Assembly: GCA_000165425.1 (NCBI GenBank)
Contig: CT868585.1
Span: forward strand, 372,001-413,286
DNA from: Paramecium tetraurelia
Taxonomy: Eukaryota
Direction: 5' to 3'
Length of the DNA stretch: 41,286 nucleotides
Below the pieces are notes generated by a model. That model ran no database searches. It saw only the letters and a program-made list of their open reading frames with translations, and was not told the DNA's origin. Shown one piece after another: positions 1 through 11,366 of the stretch. The position numbers were made by a program, and so were the translations under genes. Within the stretch, counting starts at the first letter, position 1. Every line of letters begins with the position of its first letter.

Positions 1-228
1 TCTAATGAAAAATTAACCTTACTAGCATTCTTTGAAAAACCAATATGAAAATTTTGTATGCTTAAGATAAGTTTAACAGTAAACATACGCGAAAAAGATG
101 ATTTAAAATTTGATATAATCAAATTGCATTTTTTAATACTAAAAAGATTCTTATTTAGATTGAATTAATACGTGTTGTTAAATTACTTATAAACAAATAT
201 TACACAAATTTAAATAATTACCTCAAAT

Positions 229-1354
229 ATGTCAAATCTCCAAGTACAACTAATTAAGAAGCCTGATGCCAAATACCCTAAAGTGAATGATGTTTTCTAG
301 GTTAAGACAGCATCAACACCAACTGCTAGTCAACTTAAGGATGGCGAAGTATTTTTGGAGAATCTATACTTCTCAATTGATGCAACAATGAGGGTATGGA
401 TTAGTGGGTATTTAATATATATTAATCATCCTAGTGCCAAGACTTACGTAGATCCTGTACTTCCTGGTAACACCATGTTTGGCTAGGCTGTATCGAGAGT
501 TCTGGCTTCTAAAAGTTAAAAATTCTAAAAAGGGGATTATGTGATTGGTGTTGTTAATTGGACTCTGTATTAGATTATCAGCGATGCCAAACTACATCTT
601 GTTAAAAGAGGAGGAGATATTGATGACTTGACTGGATATTCATTCTTAGGTCCATTAGGAATTAGTGGATTGACAGCCTATATTGGATTTGAAGCAATAG
701 GAAAACCAAAGGAAGGAGAAACTGTAGTTATCTCTGCAGCTGCTGGAGCTGTTGGAGAAATTGCAGTCTAATTGGCTAAAACCTATTATAAATGCAAAGT
801 CATTGGAATTGCAGGTGGTCCAGAAAAATGTGACTATGTGAAGAAACAATTAGGTGCACATGATTGCATTGATTACAAAAATGAAAATCTTAGTAAAAGA
901 CTCAGAGAATTAACACCCAATGGAATCCATGTGTATTTTGATAATGTGGGTGGTGAAATGCTAGATGAAATATTGATGCATATCACAGATCACACCAGAA
1001 TTATTCTTTGTGGAGCCATTGCCACATACAATTAAACTGGAGGTAAATTCAATATCATTAACCATCTAGAACCATATAAAGTCAAGAATTACCCTAGATT
1101 AATTATAAAAAGAGCAGTCATGTAAGGTTTCCTTTATTTTGATCATCCTGAATTATTCAAGCCAGGATAGGCAACCATAACATAAATGCTCAAATAAGGA
1201 CAATTGAAAGTAATAACTCATCGTCTATTTTTAGATAAGATATGATGTTCAGAATGGATTAGAATAAGCTCCTAATGGATTAGCTAAACTTTTATTAGGA
1301 TAAAATAATGGAAAGGTTGTTGTGAAGGCTAAAGCTGATTAACCAAAGCTTTGA
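229..1354 (+). CDS. NADP-dependent oxidoreductase, MDR superfamily (prostaglandin reductase/PTGR-like), 348 aa
   Basis: Code-6 ORF MSNLQVQLIKKP...; motifs SIDATMRVWI, GLTAYIG, VVISAAAGAVG, YFDNVGGEMLD, CGAIATYN, NNGKVVV. Introns 408-434, 1043-1069, 1210-1234; spliced length 1047 nt. Ends ...ADQPKL-TGA. Confidence 0.93.
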
Positions 1355-2169
1355 TTATTGAGTATATAACAAATGAAGGATTAATAATATTATATATAAT
1401 TTCTATAATATCAATTAAAACTAATATTGCGTATTATAATTGATTAATATTAAAATTATTATGTAATTTAAAAATCCTTAGAGATTGCTAAACAATATAA
1501 ATGAATAAAGTAAAAACATTTAGATTAAAAATGTCGTTATCAACCATTTGGATAAGGGAGAGATAGTAGATCTTCATAAACTTATATTTTTATATATTAA
1601 TAAAATTTTTAAGAATATTAACAAATCTTTAATCAAATAGTAATTCTATTGTAAGAGAGGTTAAAAAGGACATAAATTTATTATATTAATAAGTCGGCAT
1701 TATTATTAAGATCAAGTTTATAAAAATTTCAAAATAAAATATTTTCAATAGATAAAAACAACTCATAAATTTTGTTATTCAAAGAATTAAGAATGAGTTG
1801 CTGATTATAATTCAATAGTTTAAAGCTTTGTAGTTTTATCTCTTAATCCAATGCAATTCTACTAAACTTGCTTATTCATTCATTGAATCTCTAAAACTTA
1901 AAAGTAATGGAGATTAATAAGTTTAATTTAATTTATTTTTGGTTCATTCTGAAAGTTGGTATCGATTTTAATTTATAAATAGATAACATAAGACCTATCA
2001 AATCTACTTCTTAACTCAAACAATAGGTATTACATAAGTTCGATATGATTTGAATATTTGATCGTTCAATATACGATATGTAATATTAATAAAAGAACGG
2101 GCATTTAAAAATGTTAATAATAAATAAATAATCTGATGTTGGTTGTATATCAAATCATTAGAATAATAT

Positions 2170-3399
2170 TCACTCTCTTTTAAAGGTAGGTAAAAATTTC
2201 TTAAACTAATTAACAACATTTTCTCTAATACTTCCATCTCCTCTATGAAAACGATCATTAAAGAAATCTAATGCCTTTTCAACCTTAACTTTTAGAAATA
2301 CCATATCTTTTGAATATTGATATTTATTAATTTCAATATAGAGGTGGTTATAGATTTTTTAACGAACTAAATTAAGAACAGATGAGAAATCTTTAAAAAT
2401 GAATAGAACAAAAAGCAATAGCATTCTGACGTTTTCAGGGATATCTTCTGGTTTTCTGCCATTTCTTAAATAAAATTCATATAGCTCTCTTTCATATTAA
2501 TCTAAATCTTCAATTAAATAGTTATCAGCCTATTCTTATGATATTTTATATTGTTTTGGATCAATTTGTAATTTACTTTTAATAATTGGATGATTATAAC
2601 CAATTATATATCCTATGTAATCTTTTAAATTTAAACTGCTATATGCTTCAGATTAAAAATAAATCTGTTTATCATTATTATCTCCTTTTTTTATTTTTGT
2701 TCCAAAATATTTCTTAATATAAGCAATCATTTCTTTTTTAAGTGCTGAATTTTTTGATATCTTTAAACAATCTTCATGATAAAAAAATGATCCTACCGAC
2801 CTTCTTGGCTCTTATCTATTGCATTCATGGCATTTTATACATTCCTTACAATAATTTTCTTTTTCAATCTACTACAAAGGACAATCAAAGAATGATTAAC
2901 ACTTTGAACATTTTTAGTCTAAAAAATTATCGCTTACTCCATTTTTTTCATCATTCGCAAATTGACTTAATTCCTAAATCTAATGACATTAACCACATTC
3001 TATTTTCTCTTAAATTAATGTTTCTTAATTTTATATTTCTTATAATTAATCTTTTTCTAAATTTGGCTGTAAATCGCTTGATTCTCTACATTAAATAGGA
3101 TTGCTTTTTAAAATTAATTAATTAATTTCTTATTCTAATTATATTTCTGAAATTTCATAATTTGAGTTCGCACCACCTTTAATTCTATCTTAAACTGACC
3201 AATTATAAATTATTTACTATAATAAGAGTTCAAGATCACCAAATTTATTTACATCTTATAAATGATTTGAATGATGATCCTATAACAGACAGTCTGAACA
3301 AAAGAGAGGGTCTTGTGAACAGGAACTATTCTTACACCTACCTATTATTTTGTTTTTTTTATGCTCCTTGCACCTTAATTTTAGTATGAAATTCTCCAT
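2170..3399 (-). CDS. Hypothetical protein with N-terminal Cys/His zinc finger (B-box-like) and internal LIM-like Cys array, 409 aa
   Basis: Intronless 1230-nt code-6 ORF: MENFILKLRCKEHKKNKIIGRCKNSSCSQDPLFCSDCLLQDHHSNH...; internal CSKC...YCKECIKCHEC...FYHEDC. Confidence 0.8.
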
Positions 3400-3899
3400 T
3401 CTTTTTATCAATAATATGAAAATTATCCTTAATAATTAGGATTTGATAAATTATTTGTAATTCTATTAAATTACAGAATAATTTTATTTGTCATCGTTAG
3501 ATAAAATATTAAAATAATAATAAATCTGGATTCACTATGTATTTTAAGAAATACTCCATCATATCGATTCTAATACATCAACAATTAATTAATCATAATG
3601 TAATAAACTTTCTTCAACTTCTAAAGTTATAAATACAATTAATAATTAATCATTTTATTTTAAGATTAGAAACTCAATATGGCTTATTCTTTTTATTTAG
3701 AGTTTAATAAGTAATTTATTTATTTTAATATTTACATAAGAAGTAGTAGATTAAAATTCAGTAAATAAGAGGATAACGGAAATGAAAATTAATAAAAACT
3801 AAATTAATAAAGAAAATTGGATAGAAGCAAAATATTATAGAAAATAAATCATTATATTGTATTTGATTTGTATTATAATTTAATTACTCAAATGAATTA

Positions 3900-5030
3900 T
3901 CAAATCAATTAAAAACAGGGAAAGTACCCATAATCATCAATTTCTTTGATTTCTTTAGGAAGTAAATATTGGTTAAATTTTGGAAATTAAAACTTCAAGT
4001 ATTGATTATTATCAGTCAGTTTTTAAAAAGAAACACTATAAGATTGTGTATCCAATATTGTTAAACTGATTGTGAATACTTGTCCTGAAATCAATCTGAA
4101 CTATTCAGGTAATTTAATGTAATAGCAATAAGGAATGGGTTTCTCTAATGCATTGTGATTTATTATAGCTTAAAATTCATAGGCTCTTATGGTTAGATCA
4201 TAGCCTAAATGAATCTTATAGAGGCATTTTAGTGGTTATTATTGATAATCAATGTCTTTATTCTTGTAGAGGAAAGGTTGATAGAAACCAATTAATTCAC
4301 AGGTTTATTCGACAAGAAAATTACAGACAAACATTTTATTCATTTTCAAAGGTTTAATGGTTAAGGATCCATCGCTATCTTTTGCAACCTATTCATATCT
4401 TTTGATTATTTAAACTAATTTATTTTAGCTTGATTTATTGCTTGTTGGTTCTTTTTTAATTTCAAATGTTTATTAAATAGATTACACTAATTTCTAAAGT
4501 GAATTGATCGCCATAATCATCTAAGGTTTTGCAGTGTCATACTTTTACAATAGTTCATTACTTTAAAGTTTTTACAGATTTAAATCAAAAGTGCAATTGT
4601 CATGTAATTTCTCAACAACTTTTTTGAAGGCTTCATAATTCAATTAGGTTTTCAGATTGACACATTAATTGTAAATTTCCTTTATTGAATTATTTTCATT
4701 GAGCAAAGCAATGGAATCTTAGAGTTATTTCTCAATATTGTCCACTCTTCTTATTAATTCTTATTTGTATTTGACAAAATGATCCAGGATTTCTTGAGTC
4801 AATGGATTATTAATGGCCTTGTTGATTTGAATATTTCTTTGTAAAAAGTCTTGTATTTGTAGGAGCGTAAAGACATAATTAGGATGTTGCTCATGTTGTG
4901 ATTTGCACTTGAGACATATGAGGGAATTGTCTTTGCATTTAGGATTCATGCAAATTGATGTAATAGGCTTTTTGTCGTGTTCGTACTTGGGACATTGTAT
5001 TTTTGAACCCTATTATTCTAATGTTAACAT
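3900..5030 (-). CDS. Hypothetical protein with N-terminal Cys/His zinc finger and coiled coil, 376 aa
   Basis: Intronless 1131-nt code-6 ORF: MLTLEQQGSKIQCPKYEHDKKPITSICMNPKCKDNSLICLKCKSQHEQH...; ends GYFPCFQLI-TGA. Confidence 0.85.
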
Positions 5031-5042
5031 ATTAAAAATAAA

Positions 5043-7758
5043 ATGAAATACACTTAATACATATTGAAAAATCTCATTCCTGAATGGATTAAATTATATC
5101 TCAACTTCAAATACCTGAAGACTCATTTGGCAGTGGTTACAAAATTAAAGAAGTTATTGAGAAAGGCCAAAAAATTAAAACCCAAAGATGTCTATTAATA
5201 ACTGAAACATGACGTAGCATCCAATAAACAGTTATTCGAAAAGTTGGAGTAGGATCGGAATGATTTTATGATTGTTTTCGATGAAGAATCAGAGCAAATA
5301 TACAGTTTTACAGAGTGGAAGTATAGAGAATTGCTCATTTTTTTCGAGAAATTAGACAAACAAATGAAAATCATGGAGTAAATGGCAGATTATACATATG
5401 AAGAACGTATTATTGTTACTTGGAATATGGGTGAATATATAAAGGAAAAGCCTAGTGAAGAAGCTATTGAGGTAAGAGTTTATCTCAAATAAAAAGAAGA
5501 GCTTTTAGAAACAAGTTTTAAATTTTATAATGAATGCTAATAGTTGTAATCTTATATTTCATTGAATTCGGAAGGAATTCGTAAGATTCTGAAGAAGTAT
5601 AAAAAGCAAGAGCTAAAAGGCATTAGAAATAAGGAAATAGAGATTCAATATTTTGGCAATGTGTCACAATTACAAAAGAAATTGAAGAAATATGAAACAA
5701 AAATCAATATCTTGAAAACAGATACCCAATCTCTAATGATCAATTATTTTTATGCTGATGAGTATGTGTAATTTATGCTATTTTAGTCCGAGCCAATGTC
5801 GAGACCTGATAAGGAAATACACAGAAAAAGGGTAAATCAGTTTGAAAACAGTTTTTTATTTTGGATTTTTTGCAGGAGCGGCAGTTATGATAATACTTAT
5901 AATATTGGGAATGAGATTTGATGGTCTCTTGGATCCTAATTCCGATAAGGTATTCAATAAGGCCTTCCCATGTTTCAGAGGCATGGCTTTGTTCATCATA
6001 TATTACTGGTTCATAACCTTGGATCTAGCAGGTTGGAATTATTTCAATATCAATTACAAAGTCTATTTAGGCTTTAATCATCATTTTTCTACAGTTCAAG
6101 AATTGTTGCAAAGAGTCAGTATTTTGACAGCTATATTTTTGGTTACTTTCCTATGGTATTGTATTGCTGTAGAGGACTCATTAGGCGATTTGTCCAGAGC
6201 AGTCCAATTATTCGATATCAGGTATTTACCAATAATATGTTGGATTGTATCCATTCTTTACGTATTCTATCCAACAACCAAGTATTTTAATCCACAAGGC
6301 AGGAAATGGATGTACAAGATGTTTTATGGTGCAATATGGGGTCATTTCATTAAGTATGAATCTAGATACACATTCTTTACAGACTAATTCACATCAATGA
6401 TCACTTCAATGAGAGATTTCGATTATACAATCTGTTATTATCACCACTTTGTAAATAACCATTTCATCATAGATATTTTTAGGTCATGAACATAATGGCG
6501 AATGCAATTTTCAAAGGAGATTTACTGCAGCGTAAGCCAGCATTATCCCTTATTTCTTAAAGTGTATTTAATATCTGACTAGAGCAAGAGACAAGGGGAA
6601 GTTTTTGTTTACAGACGAGATGTACAATTTTATCAAAACATTCATTGCAATGTCAGTAGGAATTCTGGCTTATTTGACTCGATTGGATATAGGTTGGAAA
6701 CATTACTGGATAGCAGTGGCTTGTTTCTGTTCTTGTTTTGAATACTATTGGGATTTGAAGAAGGATTTTATGTTTTTTGAGAAGGGAACCAAATATAAAT
6801 TCTTGAGAAGTGATTTAGGGTATAATAATCCTTACATATATTATACTTTGGGTGTTTTGAACTTCTTTTTAAGAATTGCATGGGTATTAACAATATCTCC
6901 TGACATGTACAGGATAATTGGAATTAAGAATGAAATCTTTATCTTAGGATTTGGATTCTTAGAAATGAGTAGAAGATTGATTAACAATTTCCTCAAAATG
7001 GAAAAAGAACATATTAATAATTTAAGATCTCTAAAAAGCATATCAGATATGAAATTTCCGTTTAAAGAGAAAGCAGATTTAGAATTAGAAGAAATAAAAA
7101 GTGTTTATGATGTAGAATCTATTTCTACTCTTCCTAGAGCGAGTCTTGGAGAAGAACAGCAACAGGAAGGCTAACAATTAGATTCCAATGAGAGAAACAA
7201 CCTTAAGTTATCAGAGATAAATCCAAAAATAGTAATCAATTAATGTGATGATTCGAAAGAGGAGATACGTAGTCCAACTAAGATGTTGTAATCTCCAAAA
7301 CATTCGATGTTTAGTAAGTAAAATAAAAAGGTTTCTTTCCTAAATTTATAGTTTCCTTAATAAGAAGAACTTCAATTATAATAATAACAATCTGTTCTAT
7401 CCAAGAAACAGAGTATTTTGATTGATCGGTAATTCTAAGATATTAAGATACCGAGAAACATCTCCTTTGAAAATTATTTGAATTTCAAATAAAGTTTAAG
7501 GAGAATCAATTCATTCAGATTGACCCAATTTTTAGAATAACCAAAAGATACACAAATAAATGTTCATGATTATCTTGATATCCATCCAAATATGGATTTG
7601 GTAGAAAAGGCAAAGAGGGAGGAAATTCAAATGTAATCAAAACAAAAGAAATTAAAAAATGATAATAAATAATATTTAAAGGTAATCTATTTTTGTTTAT
7701 TATATAGATGATCGAATAATATTATATTAAATATGACGTTAAATTGAAGCATTAATGA
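5043..7758 (+). CDS. SPX-EXS domain protein (XPR1/PHO1/SYG1-like phosphate exporter), 880 aa
   Basis: SPX start MKYTQYILKNLIPEWIKLYLNFKYLK and NSEGIRKILKKYKK; EXS motifs FFTDQFTS, YYWDLKKDF, FLRIAW, LEMSRRLINNFLKMEKEH. Introns 5762-5786, 6451-6472, 7682-7707; spliced 2643 nt. Confidence 0.93.
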
Positions 7759-8074
7759 TGTGTATATAAAATCATATATTATATATAAATCTCATTATGT
7801 TTGAAATATCTGATACTATTCTATTCTTTTTCAAACATAAATAAACGCTCTAATTTTTTAAATTAAATGTAAATAGAGAAACCATCCCAATAGCAGAAGT
7901 CGATTATTAAAATAATTAAGAATAGCATAATTATAAGAAGAAATCAATATACTATAAAAGTGAGTGCAATCCAACATTTGAATTTCTGATTGTTTATTAA
8001 GTAATTGCTTGTTCCTAAAAGTGGCTTATTAAACCAGTATCTATATTCAAAATTTAATAAATATATATAAATAT

Positions 8075-8391
8075 ATGGAAAAATAATAAATCAGCGTATC
8101 GTTTACTTATATTCCCACTGAAGAAGAGAAGCAAAAGGATTTAGATAAATAATTGGATATACATACTAAATAATTGTTGCATCCTAAGCTTAAATGGACT
8201 GCTATATTACTAGCATTTCTTTCTGTTATTCTTTACTCAATAGGGTTAGAGTAAATTACTATATTTTAAGTGCATTCATCCAAATCCATTTAGAAGAGGA
8301 TTCAACAGCTCTCTATTTGATTGCCACTCTATGTCTATTGCCTCTAATCTATTGCTTATTCAAAGTATGCAAACAAAAAAAAGACTTGTGA
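8075..8391 (+). CDS. Small two-TM membrane protein, 96 aa
   Basis: MEKQQISVSFTYIPTEEEK...WTAILLAFLSVILYSIG|AFIQ...ALYLIATLCLLPLIYCLFKVCKQKKDL-TGA. Intron 8245-8270 (GTT..AAG); spliced 291 nt. Confidence 0.75.
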
Positions 8392-8712
8392 ATCATAAAT
8401 TGTATATAGTATATTCCTAAATTTAAAAAATATCATTTATTTACTTTGAAATATCAATCAAAATTTAATCCTAAAGACAAAAACACATAGTAATAATAAA
8501 GATATTTCATAATATTATTATCAAATAATACAGCATTAAATCTAGAAATTGGGTACATTTAATCTATTAATAAATTATTTGATCACAGAAATACAAATTT
8601 GGAAGTTGAGCGTAAGATTGTAATAAAAATTAATTTATAATGATTTAGATATGTATTTCTAATCTACACCGCACTTATATATAATAATAATATATTATAT
8701 TATCCTTATATA

Positions 8713-9493
8713 ATGGATCAAAGTGAACTTAAATGTTAGCATTTAGGCCATGAAAATGGGTAAATACTCGGTGTCTGTACTGTTCGGAATTGTTAAGGGA
8801 AAAGGCCGTTTTGCCTTGGTTGTAAATATGAATTTCACAATGAACATAAAGATTCATTAAAGAAATTTGAAGAATTAGTGAATTGGATAAATGAAAATTC
8901 AATTGCTCAAAATAAACTGTAGGAAGTCCTGAATAAATTAAAGGAGTTAATACAATGCATAGAAAAATAAATAAAAAGTACATAAGAAGATGTTGATAAA
9001 AAATTTACCCAAATGAACTACACTACCTTAGATAATTCTATCAATAATTTTATAAAAATTTGGGAAGTTTAGAAGGAGGTTTAAGAAATATTAGAAAGAA
9101 AGTCTGTGTCATTCATCATTTAATAAGTAATAGTAGAAATAAAACTTAAATACAACCATTCATAAAGTATATCTTCCATTTTATACAGGTCCAAGTTAGA
9201 ACTTAGTTCCTAATCATACACAACTTCCTTTCAAAGAGGAGGGCTCTGTTTAAAAGGAAGAAAATAGTTAAAAATTACGTTGTCAAACACCATATGCTTG
9301 CAATTAGATTAATAATTTAACAGGGTAAAATAGAGAGATAAATAATAAATATATTTTCTAAAATACTAAGTAAAATAGAGGAGATGAACTACCCAAATTC
9401 AACATATAATAGTTGTAATAGAAAGAATTCCCTGGCATTTAATAGAATCAAGCATTTCAAAATAAGAATCAATTCATATAAAATCCAAAATGA
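8713..9493 (+). CDS. Cys/His zinc-finger plus coiled-coil protein, paralog of 9965-10937, 252 aa
   Basis: MDQSELKCQHLGHENGQILGVCTVRNCQGKRPFCLGCKYEFHNEH...MNYTTLDNSINNFIKIW. Intron 9167-9188; spliced 759 nt. Confidence 0.85.
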
Positions 9494-9964
9494 ACAAATA
9501 GATTAATATATATTGTATTAATTTATACAAAATTACATCTTATTACTAAATATAAATATATTCTTATGTCCACATATTCTATTTGTTTAGATGGTTAAAG
9601 AGATTTATTTTCAATTATCGAATAATGATATAATCCTTAGAATTAAAAACCAAATTTACTTTTAAAGGAACTAAAATAGACTCTACATTAGATGAATTAT
9701 TTATTAAATATCTAACAGTCAAATATGTGTTATATTTAAGCATTTTTTATATATTCAGAAAGATCCAGAAATTAAAATAATCACACTATGTTAAATACAA
9801 AATTAAAGATAACAACGATTTCTTTTCTTTATTCATAATAATCAATATAAAACTAATTAATTAATTATTAACTTTAATAGTATATGAATTATATTAGAAC
9901 ATTTTAATAATAAAAAATAAATGCGAGGCAGTTAAACGGGAATATATAATTATTAATAAATTCG

Positions 9965-10937
9965 ATGCAGAGACTAAAATCTGATCTTCACTGCCCATTC
10001 GATAAGCATGATCAAAGCCTTATAGTTGGAGTGTGTGTTAATGAATAATGTCCAGATAAGCGGCCTTTTTGTGTGGCATGTCAATTTTAATTTCATTCTT
10101 CTCATTAAAAAGACTTAAAAAGGTTTGATGACTTTAAGAATTTGCTTAGTGAGAATTCTCAATTAACTGAGAAACTTAAAAGTCATCTTAATGATTTACA
10201 ATAGCTAGTTAAATTTATTACTCATTTAATTGAAGCTACTTAATACCGAAACAATCATCAAATTCTTTTGGAAATGAATTACACCGATTTACATGATAGT
10301 ATAAATCAATTAATTACTTAATGGAATCAACAAAGAAATTTATGTGAACTTTTAAAGGACATATTTTCAACGACTGTTAAAGATAAAATTAAAACTCTTT
10401 AATTGCAAGTATAAAAAAGTAATTTGTTTATTATAATTAGAACCTAATGATGTTCGAACCAAGTCCAATTATTTAAAAACAGAAACAGATGTTCTACAAA
10501 CGAAGGATTAGTTATTAGATCTACCATCTCCTCAAAATATAAATCTTTCTAAAGTATCTAACAAATTGGCAGATCCTACGATAAACATAACTAGAAATCG
10601 AAATTCTATTGAAATAGTGGAGGGAATCATATTGAAAGAAAATTCACAAAATAGCTAAGATAGTTAAAAGCTGTCACAACTTTAAAATAGATATTTTCAT
10701 CCAAATCCAATATCTAAACAGAAACACCGTTCTTAATATAACGTAGATTAGACCTCAAATAAATCAAAATATATTTCAGAAAATAATTTAGATAAATCAC
10801 TAGAATAACTTGAAATGAGACACTCTAATTCATTTGCATTTGTAAATGTCTTAGACTAACTCTCTAATATATCAAAAAGGACTTAAATATCAGACAAAAA
10901 ATCCGCAAATGCAATAAAAATCCATTAAATAAACTGA
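9965..10937 (+). CDS. Cys/His zinc-finger plus coiled-coil protein, paralog of 8713-9493, 316 aa
   Basis: MQRLKSDLHCPFDKHDQSLIVGVCVNEQCPDKRPFCVACQFQFHSSH...MNYTDLHDSINQLITQW. Intron 10419-10440; spliced 951 nt. Confidence 0.85.
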
Positions 10938-11366
10938 AAGTTTTCATTTACCGATTGATTATTTCATGAATTATTATTTTATAAACAAGATTTCTACGAT
11001 TTGACTATAATATATTGATATTCAATAAAACAGAAACTCGAAAAAAGGAATTTATGAAAAATTAATTACAAATCAATTTATGGTAGACTCAAGAATCAAA
11101 TAATTCTATGGAATAATATTAGCTAAATCTATAACAGTTAATCATTCTATTTGAAAATTATTAGTTTAATGATTATGAAATATATTGATATCAATATATC
11201 TCAAATAAGTAATAATTAGATTAATACAATGGATAAATTGAAACATTTAATTATTTATTTTGACTTTGGGTCTCAATTCTTAAGATTCAGTTGCTGCTTA
11301 ATATTTATAATTGAATTATATAATGATCATATAATTTATGATAAACATTTTTACAATATTATTAAT

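Noticed and set aside
655..849. Track ORF on minus strand (64 aa)
   Set aside because: Antisense to the oxidoreductase CDS; artefact of the standard code.
1501..2061. 187-codon plus-strand code-6 open frame
   Set aside because: I/L/F/K-rich composition typical of AT-rich non-coding DNA and no motif. Long frames arise easily with a single stop codon. Cannot be supported.
2742..3098. Track ORF on plus strand (118 aa)
   Set aside because: Antisense to the zinc-finger gene at 2170-3399.
8729..8983. Track ORF on minus strand (84 aa) with a signal-peptide-like start
   Set aside because: Antisense shadow of the gene at 8713-9493.
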